The notes beneath the pieces were generated by a model, which had not been told where the DNA came from, did no database searches, and worked only from the letters and a program-made list of their open reading frames with translations. A program made the translations under genes and the position numbers. A stretch of 38,650 nucleotides of DNA from Scenedesmus sp. PABB004. Taxonomy: Eukaryota. Shown piece by piece: positions 11,383 to 22,497 of the stretch. Positions within the stretch are counted from its first letter, which is position 1; each line of letters begins with the position of its first letter. Location of the stretch: positions 186,001-224,650 of the forward strand of contig JABVCE010000040.1 in assembly GCA_014905635.1 (NCBI GenBank), given 5' to 3'.

Positions 11383-12326
11383 TCAGGGCACTGGCGGCGC
11401 GGCTGCTGCGGGCGGGGCCGCGTCAGCCGTGGGCGCTGGCGCCGGCGGCGCGGCTGCTGCGGGCGCCGGCGGCGCCGCTGCGGCAACGGGCGCTGGCGGC
11501 GCAGGCTCTGCTGCCGGCGCCGGCTCTGCGGCCGCGGGCGGCGTGGCCGCGCGCGCTGCCGGCGCCGCTGCGGGTGCTGCGGGCACCGCGGCTGGCGGCG
11601 CCTCTGCCGCGGGCGCCGCGGCCGGCGCCGCCGCCTCGACGGCCCCCGGCGGCGTGGCCGCGCGCGCTGCAGGCGCCGGCACCGCTGCAGGGGCGGCCTC
11701 CGCCGCCGCCGCCGCCGCCGCAGGGGCTGCAGCGGCCACCGGCACTGCCGCGGGGGTCGCCTCTGCCGCCGCCGAAGGCGCAGCCGCCGCTGCAGGCGCG
11801 GCCGGCGCAGGCGCGGCTGCCGGCGGCGGCGGCGCAGGCGCGTGCGGCGGCGCGACGACGGTCACTGCCGGCGCCGCTGCGCCCGGCATCGCCTCTGCCA
11901 CCAGCGCCGCCGCGACGACCGCGGCGGGCCCGTCGAGCGACACGGTCCGCTGCGTCGGCGCCGCGCCCGGCCGCGTCAGCTTGCCGTCCGCCGCCGCGAG
12001 CAGGCGGCTGTGCAGCTCGCCCTCGGGGATCTCAAACGTCGCCGCCCAGTGCTTGAGCACCGCCTCGATGTCCTGTGGCGGCGGTGTGCGGCGCGGCGGG
12101 CGCGCGGTGGGTGGGCGCGCCGGCGCCGCGCGCCGGCGCCACCGGCGGCCGCAGGCGCAGTCCCCCAGGGCTCCGCGGCCGCCGGCGGCCGCAGACGGCT
12201 TGGTGCGCGAGCAGCGGCGCCGCGGCGTGGCGCCGCCGACGGCCGCACCGGGTCATACTCCCTGGACGCCGCCCAGAGGACGAGGTAGGTCAGGGCGTCG
12301 TCCCGCAGCTGCCTCAGCGAGGCCAT
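11383..12326 (-). CDS. Hypothetical protein: short N-terminal helical domain plus a Pro/Ala-rich repetitive tail
   Basis: Exon 12326-12249 (MASLRQLRDDALTYLVLWAASREYDP), GT-AG intron 12248-12073, exon 12072-11383 (DIEAVLKHWAATFEIPEGELHSRLL..., stop TGA). The phase-0 join is clean. No family recognised. Confidence 0.55.
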
Positions 12327-12996
12327 GCCGGGCAGGGGCGCCCGGGCGGGCGGCGGCCGGGGCGCGATGCCCGGCCAGGGCAACAACGGCGTCGCGGCAG
12401 GCCCCCACGCCGCGCCCAGGGCAAGCTTGGCGCGGTGCGAGCGCCCCGCTCGCCGTGCCGCCCACTGCGCGCGGGGCTGGCCCGGGAGGAGGCGCGATGG
12501 CGCGCACGCTGCGGCCGGGCGCCGTGCGGTGGGCGCCTCCGCGGCCGCCGGCCTCTCTTTCTGCCTCCCTGCTCCGCGCGCGTGGCCTGACGCAGGCGCA
12601 GGCGCTGGCTGGTCCCTGCTGCGCGGCGCGGCGGCGGGCTGCGTGCTCTCCTCCTGCGCGTGCTCTCCCTCCTGTCTTGCTGCGGTGGGTCGGGGCTGAG
12701 TGGAAGGTTTGGCGAGGTGCGCGCGACTGCGCCCGCCGTCGGCGGCGGCACAGGCGCCGCTGCACCGCCGTCGGTCGCGCGGCTGCCGGCGACGCTGCCG
12801 CCGCGCGGCGCCCCCGCCGCCGCGCGGCGCCCCCGCCGCCACACACAGGCCGGGCGCCGCCTGCCGGCCAGTGGCCAATCCGCAGACCTCGCCCGCAGAG
12901 GTCGCCGCTGCTCCGCGGCAGCGGCGCCGCACGCTCCGTCGCCGTGGGCCGCCGTGCCTCTTCCGCAGCTGCCGGCGCGCTGCTCAGCGGCTCACC

Positions 12997-14538
12997 ATGC
13001 AGGTACTCGGCGACCTGGTGGCGCTGGGCACGCGCCTGATCCCCAGCTCGCTGGCAATAGCCTTCGGCATCGCCCCGGAGCCAGACCAGGCGCCCAGCCC
13101 GCGCGCCCAGGCGCCGCGACACGCCCCCGAGGAGCAGGGCGGCCGGGCTTCGCCGCAGCGGAAGCGCCCGCGCGGCGAGGAGGGCGGCGCCGGCGCCGCT
13201 GCTGCTGTTGCCGCGCCGGACGGCGCGACCGGGCGCGCCGGCGGCGCCGCCGCCGCGCCCCACCATGCGCCCGCCGACGCCGCGTTCGCGGCGGCCGCGG
13301 CGGCGGCGGGCATGCAGGCGACGAGCGCGATGGCGGCCGCGCACGCCGCCGCGGCGTCGCTCGCGACGACGTCCAACATGAGCTACGGCCACGCCCACGC
13401 CGCCGCGGCCGCCCAAGCCCAAGCCCACGCCGCCGCCGCCGCGGCGGTGGCGGCGGCGGCGGCGCAGGCGCAGGCGCAGGCGCAGGCGGGCGGCGGGCAC
13501 CACCGCCACCACCACGCCGCCGCCGCGTACCACGGCGGCGGCGGCGGCCACGCAGCAGCGGCGTACTACACGCCGCAGGCGATGCAGATGGCCAGCATGG
13601 CCGCGCTCTCAGGTGGGGCGGCGGGGCGGGGGCGCGGGGCCAGGGCGCGCCCGGGGCCGCGCCGCGACGCAGCACGCCCGCAGCTGTGCGCGCTGACGGC
13701 GCACGCCGCCGCGGCGCCGCCAGGGTCGCTGGGCGTGCCGCTGTTTGCGGGCGCGGCGAGCGACTACAGCATGCCGCCGGAGGAGCCCGACGAGCAGGTG
13801 CGCCAGGGCGGCGCTGGCGCGCAGCGAGGGGCGGCGCTGGCGCGGCGCCCAGCGGGGGCCTCGCTCGCGGCGCACGTGTGCGCCTTGCACACACGCACAC
13901 GCCGCGCCGCCGCCGCCGCGCAGGCGCGCGCGCTCAAGCGGCCGCGCCTCGTGTGGACGCCCGCGCTGCACAAGACGTTTGAGGCGGCGGTCGCCAAGCT
14001 CGGCCTGGACAAGGCGGTGCCCAAGACCATCATGCAGGCACGCGGGGGCGGGGGCGGGCGCTGGGCTGCGAGGCTGCGCGGGGCTGCGCGGCCCGGCCCG
14101 GGCAGCTGTTGCGCAGGGCGCGGCGGCGCAGCAGGGGCGGCGCCCCACGCGCGCCCGCGTCGACCGCAGATCATGGGCGTTGAGGGTCTCACGCGTGAGA
14201 ACGTGGCGAGCCACCTGCAGAAGTACCGCCTGCAGCTCAAGCGCGGCGACGGCGGCGCCAGCAGCAAGGCCGCGGCCGCGCAGGCGGCCGAGCCCGCCGC
14301 AGAGCCGGCCGGCGACGCCGGCGAGGCCAAGCCGGCCGGCGGGGCCGAGCCCGACGGCGGCGGCTGCGCGAGCAGTGGTCTGCAGCGCAGCGCGCCGCAG
14401 CGCAGCGGCGGGCAGCAGCGCAGCGGCGGCAGCGCCAGCAGGGGCAGCGCCGGCCGGGCGGCCGCTGCGCACGGCGACGACGCGGACGCGGCGGCCGCGG
14501 ACGGCGAGGCGAGCAGCAGGCAGCCGCCGCCGCCGTGA
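12997..14538 (+). CDS. GARP/G2-like Myb (SHLQKY-type) transcription factor, LUX ARRHYTHMO/PCL1-like
   Basis: Inferred exons: 12997-13612, 13724-13797, 13924-14037, 14170-14538 (last intron GC-AG). The spliced domain [63 protein letters not shown] closely follows the LUX/PCL1/BOA GARP domain. No receiver domain. The start codon is uncertain (alternative ATG at 13312). Confidence 0.88.
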   Translation: [513 protein letters not shown]

Positions 14539-15062
14539 CGGCGCGCGTGGCGCCTTTGCACTGGCAGCAAACACTGGGTGGGTGTGCTCAATGGCGCGCT
14601 GCAAACGAACAGGGTCTTACTCGGGGCGGCTTGCGAGCGCTGCCCGGCGTCGTGCGTCGTTCAGGGATTGGGCTGTGAGGTGTCCTTGCGCCGCCGCGCC
14701 GGGGCCCGGCGCGCGCGTCAAACGACCGGTCGTCTGACGAGCGCGCGTTTTTTGTTGTCTCATCGTGGCGGTCCTGTGGCAACCGCCCCTGTGCTTCCAC
14801 CCCTGTTCCCTTGGTCTCGCCGCTCCGCACAGCTGCGCGGGGCGTCGGTTGCGCCGCGAAAGCAGCAGCAGCCGGTTGCCAAACACAGCAGCAGCTCGCT
14901 CAACCCGCCCCAGACGCCCTCGTGACGTGCGCACAGTCGCAGCCTCGCGCGCCACGCGCACCCTCGCGGCGCCGGGCGGCCCGGCCGCGCCGCCGCGGCA
15001 GCAGCGGATGCTGCGCGCCGCGCGGTGCGCTCCCACGCCTGCGCCCGCTTCGGCCGCGCGGC

Positions 15063-16751
15063 ATGGCGTACGAGGAGTACGTGAAGAAGGCCATCGCCAC
15101 GGGGCGGAGCTACGCGGAGCTGCCGGAGCGCGTCCGCGCCGCGCTGCCGCCGGCAGAGTGGGCGGCGCGGTGCGTGGTCGGCGGTGCCGGCGGCGGCGGC
15201 GGCGGCGGCGAGGGCCCCTCCCTGCAGCCCGCCCCGGCCGCAGCGCTGGCCGCGGTTGCGCGCCGCAGCGGTCGACGCCCGCCGCAACTGCCGCAACCGC
15301 TGCCCGCGCGCAGCGTGCGAGAGTTCTGCATCCAGCGCGGCGCGCCCTGGGCCACCAGCGCCGCGCGCGCGCTGTGCGGCGAGCAGGTGCGGCCGGGGCG
15401 GCGCAGCGCCGCCTGCCGCCTTGCAGCTGCGCGGCGCGGCGCGGCCCCGGAGCCAGACCCCTGCGCCCGCCGCACCCGCTGCGCCCGCTGCGCCCGCCGC
15501 CGCCGCCTTGGCCAGGAGTACTACGATGAACTGCTCCGCACCTACAGGGCCTGGGGCCGGGTGCGCGCGCGCGCGCCGCGGCGGGCGGGCTCGCGGGAGC
15601 CCGGCGGCGCGCCGGCCGCTCCTCCGGGGCGGCGCCCGCGCGCCGCGCCGCGCACCCCTCCTCGCCCACGCGCGCGCCCAGCGGCGCTCGACCCTCAACT
15701 CCCAACCCTCGGCCTTGACCCCCTGAACCCTGAACCCCCCTGAACCCTGAACCCAGCTGTACCCGTACCACCTGGCCGACTACGTGGCGCGCGTCGCGCG
15801 CGTCACGCCGCACCGCTACTACAGCGACGTGCTGGCCGCCGCGCTGCGCGACGAGGCGAGCTACGACAGCATACCAAACTTCACGGTGCGCGGGGCGTAG
15901 AGGGGCTCAGGGTTGCGGGTTGAGGCGGCGCGGGTCCCGGGGTCCAGGCAGCGCTGCAGCGGTGTGCGGGCGGTTCGGCGCCGGCGGCTGGCGGCGGCGA
16001 GCCCCGCGGCGTCAGCCGCCCGCCCGCCCGCGCCGCCCCGCCGCCGGCGGCGCCGCGCAGGCGGCCGACGCGCTGCGCGTGACGGGCGTGGGCCGGAACG
16101 AGTACATCGCCGTTGCCAACGCGGCGCGCGGCAAGCGCCTGCTCTGGCGCGTCAACCGCGGCCTCGCGCGCGACCTGCTGCCACAGGTGTCTGGGTTTTT
16201 TAGTGCGTGCGGGCGTGCGCGGCATGTGTGGGCGTGTGGGCGTGTGGGCGCGTGCGTGGTTGCGTGGCGGCGGGCGGGGGCGGCCTCGCTGCCGGCGCGC
16301 GCGCGCGAGCCTGCCCCGCCCCGCCCCGCCCCGCCCCGCCCCGCGCCGCGCCCCGCCGCGCCAGGCGCCGCGCGACGTGCGCATCGAGGGCTGGTGGCGT
16401 GTGCAGGTGGTCAACGTTGGTGAGCGCCGCGCCGCGCCGCGCCGCGCCGGCCCACGGGCCCGCGCGCGGCCGGGCCGGCCCCGCCCTGCGCCGCCCGTGG
16501 GCCGCGCCGCTGGCCCCACGGACCACACCACAACGCCGCCGCCGGCAGGCGAGGCAGAGTTCAGGGAGCTGTCCCCCGCCGAGGCGGGCCTGCTGCGCGC
16601 CGCGTGCGAGGGCGCGCCGCCGCCGGCGTCCGCGTTTGACCCGGGCCTGCTCCAGGGCCTGTACAAGCGCGGCCTCATCTGGCTGGACGTCCCCGTCGCG
16701 CCGACCGACCGCATCGCGCTGCCCCCGCTCGAGGCACGCGCGCAATTCACC

Positions 16752-16812
<61 letters not shown>

Positions 16813-19397
16813 ACATGCACACACGCACCAACACGTTTGAACTCAAACGCCGCCCCCCCCCCCCCCCCCCCCCCCCCCCGCCCCGCCCACTGGCCAGGGC
16901 TTTGTGAGCAACCGCACGTCCGCCGCGGGCGACGAGCGCGTGGACCCGCTCGAGCCGCTGCTCTACCGCCTCTTTCTCGCCAACAGCACCCGCTTCGACC
17001 AGGCGCGCCTCGTGTTGCCTATTGTGTTTTTGATAGTTTCTTTGCTTTTAAGTGTTATCGATTGTGTTTGTGTTGCTTTTGGGGGCATGCAAGCGAAAGC
17101 ATTGTACGCGCGCGGCGCCAGCGGCCCACGCGCGGCGCGGCCGGCCCACGTGCCGCGCGCCCCGTCGCGGCGCCCCGTCGCGTCGCCGCGGCTGCGCAGG
17201 CGCGCCTCGCCGACATGCTGGGCGCGCCGCTGGAGCAGCTGCTGCTCGCGACGAGCCTCGCGATCCGGCTGGGCTTTGCCACCCGCATCGACGCCGACGC
17301 GGGTGACGCCGCCGCGCCGCGCCGCGCGGGCCCCCGCCGCCCGCGCGGCTGCGGCCGACCAACCGGCCCCCCGCCCCGCCCGCGCGCGCGTGCGCGCGCA
17401 GGGGCGCCCCCGGGCGCCGCGCTGTCGGGCGGCGCCGGCGCCGGCGGCAGCCAGGTGCTCACGCTGCCGGAGGACAGCGACGGCGACGACGCCCCGGCGC
17501 CGCCCGGCGCCGCGCCGCCGAGCCCGGGCGCGGCGGCGCCCGGCGGCGGCGGCGGCGGCGCGGCCGCGTGGGCCGACGACGCCGCCCGCGCCGCCGGCGC
17601 CGGCGGCGGTGCCAGTGGCGAGGGCGGCGCGCTGGCGGTGGTGGTGGACGCTGAGGTCACCTCATACCTGATGATGGGAGCACTCTCGCCGGGTGCGCGC
17701 CGCGCCGGCTCGGCACACCCCGGCGCGCCGCCAGCAGGCTGCGCGGCGCGAGTGTGACGCGCGCGGCCGCGCGCCGCCGCGCCCCAGGCCTCAAGCGGCA
17801 CTCGGTGACGCTGTTTGAGGGCGGCCGCGTCGGCGGGGCGGGCGTGATGGATGAGCTCATCACCGAGCTGGCCGCGTCGGCCGAGGCGGGGCGGGGCTTT
17901 GAGGGAGACATGGTGCAGGTGTGTGTGTGTGTTTGGGGGGGGGGGGCGTGGGCGGCGGCGCGGTGCGCGGCGCGGCGCGCGCCACGCCGCCCGGCTGCCC
18001 CCACACCCAAAAGCCCTGGAGCTCAACACCGACTCCCCGCCCCCCTGCCGTGTCCTGAACCCCAAACCCCAAACCCCAAACCCTCTGCCCTCCTCTGCCC
18101 CCCTGCTCGCAGCTTATGCGGCACATCGAGTCCCTCGGCGTCCTCCTGGCTGCGGCGCGCGCCGCGGCTGGTGCGCAGGGCGCCGCGCTCGAGCTGCTAC
18201 GCAAGGAGAGCCTGGCGGGGCTCGACCCGGGCAGCGCGGCGCGCGTGCTCTCGCACGCGTACGCCGCGCTGCTGCCCGTCGCGCCGCTGCCGGCGCCGGC
18301 GCTGCCGCTCGACCCGCTCGCGCCCGGGGCGCCGACGTTCTTCGGCCCCACCCCGCGGCCGACAGCCCCTGGCTCTCACTCGCACTCTACGCTGCGGCGC
18401 GCGCGGGGCCGGCGTCGCTCGTGCTGCCCGCCGGCGCGCGCGTGTCGGCGCTGCCGCCGCAGCTCGCGGCCGCGAGCCACGCGCTGCTGTGGGGCTGGCG
18501 CGCGCCCGAGGGCTGGGCGGCGGGGCCGACCCTCGTCGAAGGTGCGCTGCATGCTGTGCACGGCGCGCAGCGCGCGGCCGCCCCGCCCGCCCCGCGCGCG
18601 CTCCGAGCCCGCCCGCCCGCCGCCGCCGCCGCCGCGCCGCTGCGCAACCCCCGGCAGGCGCCACGCTGCTCAGCGCCATCAACGAGCTGCTGTGCCGCAG
18701 CGCCGTCATGGCGCAGCCCCTCGTCGGCAGCGCGTGCACGCCCAGCCCGGGGGAGCAGCTGGTGGCGTTTGCCGACGTCCCGCTGCCGCTCACCCCCGCG
18801 GACGCCGAGCCGCCGCAGCAGCTGGCGCCGCCCGGCGGCGGCGCGCCGCAGGCGCAGCAGCAGGCGCAGCAGCAGCAGCAGCAGGCGCAGCAGCAGCAGG
18901 TGCAGCAGCTGGGCAGCGTCACCGTGCTGGCAGTCGACCGGCAGCAGCAGCCGCCGGCGCTGCGGCGCCTGGACGTGCCGGCGCACGTCGTGGCGGCGCT
19001 GGAGCGCCTGCAGCTGCGCGGCGCGGTCGGCTGGCTGCGGCTGGTCAGGCTGCCCGGCGGCGGCGGCGGCGGAGGCTCCGGCAGGGGCGGCTGGGTGCCG
19101 CTCTCGCTCTCGCTCGGCGCGCCGCTCTTCTGCCCCGCGCTGTGCCGCCAGGTCACGGCCAACATGGCTGCCGCCGGCGCGCTCGGCCCCGCGGGCGCCG
19201 CGGCGTGGCGCGCCGCGCAGGCGGGCCTGCAGGCGCAGCTCGCCGCGCTGGTGTCGCAGTTTGGCGGCGGCGGCGGCGCCGCCGCCGCGCCGCCGGGCGG
19301 GCTGGCGCTCCCGGGCTGCGCGCTGCACTTTGACGGCGCCGACCTGGTGCGCCTGGAGCTGGGCGACAGCCTGCAGGGCGCGCGGCTGCTCTGGTGA
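15063..19397 (+). CDS. FAM91A1: FAM91A1 homolog (WDR11-FAM91A1 complex, endosome-to-TGN trafficking); one apparent -1 frameshift
   Basis: Inferred exons: 15063-15169, 15314-15386, 15516-15560, 15757-15885, 16061-16186, 16365-16419, 16549-16733, 16898-17002, 17200-17302, 17402-17692, 17788-17918, 18113-18541, 18658-19397. Family motifs LYPYHLADYV, SYDSIPNFTAADALR..GVGRNEYI, LYKRGLIWLDVP, PPLEGFVSNR, YLMMGALSPGLKRHSVTLFEGG. The frame needs one extra C at 18351-18354. Confidence 0.9.
15721..15754 (+). repeat. (CCCTGAA)n telomere-like heptamer array just before a 3' splice site
   Basis: ccctgaaccctgaaccccctgaaccctgaaccc-type array ending at acceptor CAG 15754-15756. Confidence 0.8.
16752..16879. 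repeat. Compound microsatellite (CT)n(CA)n followed by a poly-C tract, in FAM91A1 intron 7
   Basis: (CT)n at ~16752-16777, (CA)n at ~16778-16810, and a C-run at 16853-16879, read directly from the sequence. Confidence 0.95.
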
Positions 19398-20112
19398 GCA
19401 GCTGGGAGCGCGCTGCTGTCCTGGCGAGCTGCTGGGAGCGCGCGAGGCGCGGGCGCGCGCCGGAGCGGCGGCGCGCGGCGTCAGCGCAGTGGCGGCGGCC
19501 GCGCAGCCCGCACGGCGGCCCGGATCGAGGCCCTGCGCGACCTGGGGGTGTCCGTGAGAGGTGCTGCGCGGCTGAACGACCGCCGGGCGCGCGTGCCTGT
19601 CACAACATCGGCGAACTCTGCCGCGCTCTCTACTCTTCTCAGCGCGCGCCCGGTCCCGCCGAGCACCCACGATCCGTCACAGCGTCCGCGGCAGTCGACC
19701 GCGACCAGCACGAGAGCTAGCGCGGGCCAGGGCGCTCGCGGAGTACCGAGTGCGGTCTCGCGCTCGCGCCCGCAGCCCCGGGAGCGTCCCGCGCGACGCG
19801 ACCGGAGCTCTGTGACGTGCGCAGCACCGGTGCGTGCCGCTGCCAGCCGTGCGCCCAGCGGCGCCGGCTGGAGCGGCGGCAGCAGCGGCAGCAGCGGTCG
19901 CCGGCCGGCTGCCGCAGCCTGTGCCGCGCAGGCGCCGTGCCAGGCCGTCGCGCCTGCTCAAAGCTCACCCCAGCCCTCCCCTGCGAGCCGCGCATGCTGA
20001 TCGGCCCGCCGCCGTGCCGCCGTGCCGCCCGCGGCGCCCGCCGCTGCCCCCTCCTTCACACCCCCCCCCCCCCTCCTCCTCCCCGCCCGCCCCTCAGACC
20101 CCCGGTGCCGGC

Positions 20113-22497
20113 ATGTCGGCGCCCCGCCGCCGCGCCGCGGCGCTGGCCGCGCTCGCGCTGCTCGCGCTTGTGGCACACTGCCCCGCGTCGTCGGTGCGCG
20201 TGATGGCGGCCGACCTGGACGGCAGCTGCAACAACCCGGACCTCAAGACCCGCGTGGCCACGCCCGCGGAGCGCGCCAAGGCGTACGACAAGCTGCTCAG
20301 CGTCGGCGTGTCGGGCGCGCGCTACCAGTTCAAGTGAGCGCGCGGGCGGGGCTGTTTGGGTGTGTGCGCGTGTAGAAGGGGGGGGGGGGGGGCGTGCGTG
20401 TGTGTGGGCGGGCTGTGCGCCGCTGGCGCCCGGCTGGGCGGCGGCCGGCACGGCGCCGCGCGACGCGGCCCGCGCGCCCACGCCCCCGCGCGCCGACGCC
20501 GCGCCGCAGGCCGGAGCAGCACTACGCGGCGGAGGCCGCGGCGCGCCTGTCGGGCGACGGCCTCGGCGGCGTGCGCGTGCGCCTCGCGCCGGAGCGCCCC
20601 GACGGCACCCTCGACGCGGCCGGCGGCGCGGGGCTCTCCCTGCTCGCCCTGCTGAGCAATGGCGACTTCCCGGGCGCGCTCGCCGCGCTGGACCTGCCGG
20701 GGCTGTCGGCGGCGACGCTGCTGATCGACCCCGCCGGCGGCGCGAGCGGCGACGCGTCGCTGGACGCGCTGCGCGCGAGCGAGGTGGAGTGGTACCAGCA
20801 GGTTTACGAGCTCGCCACCTGGCTCGTCGCACGGTGCGGCGCCGGGCGGCAGGGCGAGAGGGAGGCGGGAGGGGAGGCGGGCGGGCGGGCGGTGGGAGGA
20901 GGGAGGGAGGCGGGAGAGGCAGAGGGCGTCTGCGTGCGCGCCGCGCGCCGTGGCCGCGCGCCGCGCGGCGGCGCCCGCTGACGCGCCGCGCACCGCCGCG
21001 TGCCGCCCGCCCGCCGCAGCTACGCGGGCAGCGGGCGCACGATCGTGCTCGCGCACGCGCACGCCGACACCGCGGTGCGCGGCCTGCCCGACCTTGTGGC
21101 CACGCCCTCGCCCAGCGCGGCGGCCGCGGCGGCCGCCGTCGGCGGGCCGCTGCCGTCGGCGCCGCCGCCGGCGGAGCGCGAGGAGCTGTTGAGCAAGATG
21201 TGGTGGGAGACGGCGGCGGCGGTCGAGGACGCGCGCACCGACACCGCGGACGAGCACCCTGGCGTCAAGGTGCTTGGAGGGGGCGCGCCGCGCTCGGCGC
21301 CGCTCTTACACACTCTTTCTTGCTCTCTCTCGCCGCGCGGCGGCGGCGCCCCTGGTGGCGTGTGCCGTCACGCGTCCCCTCCCCCCCCCCCCCCGCCGCC
21401 CCCCACACCCACCCACCACACACACGCACGCACACACCCCCTCTGACCCCCCTCTGACCTGACGCCCCGCCCCTGGGCGGCGCAGATCTATTCCCTGCTC
21501 GAGCTCAACGCCGCGCCGGCCGAGGACGGCGACGGCTGGAGCGTGCTCACGCGCGTGCTGACCGCGCTCGACCCCTCGCCCGACTTTGTGGCCGTCTCGC
21601 TCAGCGCGCTGCCGCCGTCCGCGGCGGCGAGCCTCGCGCCGGCGGCCGCGCTGTGGCCGCTGCTCGACGCCGCGGCGGCCGCGCTCGTGCCCAAGCCCGG
21701 CCTCCCCGGGCCGCGCGTGCTGCTGAGCGACGCGGCATTCGCGCTGCGCGGCCCGGACGGCGCCGCCGACCCGCTCACGCCCAGCCTGGAGCAGCAGGCG
21801 CGGCGTGGCGCGGCGCGCGCGCGCCTGGCCTGCCGGCCCTCCTGCCCTCCGGCCCTCCCGCGCCCGCGCCCGCGCCCGCGCCCTCACGCCCCCGCCGCCG
21901 CCGCCGCCGCCGCCGCCGCGCAGGCGCAGCACACGCTCGCCGCCGCGGCCGCCGCGCTCGCGTGGGGCGCGCCGGGCGTGGGGCTCGGCCCTCTGTACGA
22001 CTCTAGCTTCACCACGCGCGACGGGCTCAAGCCCGCCAAGGCCCGCGCGCTCGGCGCCGGCGCGGTCGCCGCGGGCGCGGCGCTCGCCAAGGCGGGCAGC
22101 GGGTACGAGGACCGCGGGCTCGGCCTCGTCGGCCTGGGCGACGCCGAGTCGCCGCTGTACGTGGCGCTGCGCGCGTACGCGGCCGCCGCGACCGAGTGGG
22201 TGGAGGCGGCGATCACGGTGCGGCGTGGGCGGGAGCAGGGGGCGGCGCGGGGCGGGCGCGCGGGCGCGGGCGCGGACGGCGCGCGCCGGCGCGGGGGCCA
22301 CGGCTCGCGCGAGCGCCGCGCCGCCGTGCGGCGCGCAGGCAAACGGCGGCGCCGACCCCTGCGGCGACGACTTCCGCGCGTGGGCGGTGGCCAAGCTGGT
22401 GGAGCTGGGCAACGGCCTCGGCCTCGCGGGGACGGTCGCGGCGCCGGAGGTCAAGGAGCACGGCTGCGAGCACGCAAAGAGCGTGGAGGTTGTGTGA
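20113..22497 (+). CDS. Secreted hypothetical protein; probable (beta/alpha)8 glycoside-hydrolase-like fold
   Basis: Signal-peptide-like N-terminus MSAPRRRAAALAALALLALVAHC. Inferred exons: 20113-20333, 20510-20833, 21020-21269, 21486-21797, 21924-22217, 22339-22497; all phases join and intron 21798-21923 is GC-AG. Alternating strand/helix segments (YQQVYELATWLVARYAGSGRTIVLA, VKIYSLLELN, DFVAVS, RVLLSD, ALAWGAP). The fold assignment is an inference. Confidence 0.7.

Noticed and set aside
19398..20112. Possible extra gene or RNA gene between FAM91A1 and the secreted protein, or between 22498 and 23027
   Set aside because: The short ORFs lack motifs and coherent splice structure, and I saw no tRNA cloverleaf or snRNA features. 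These regions are best read as UTR or promoter sequence.
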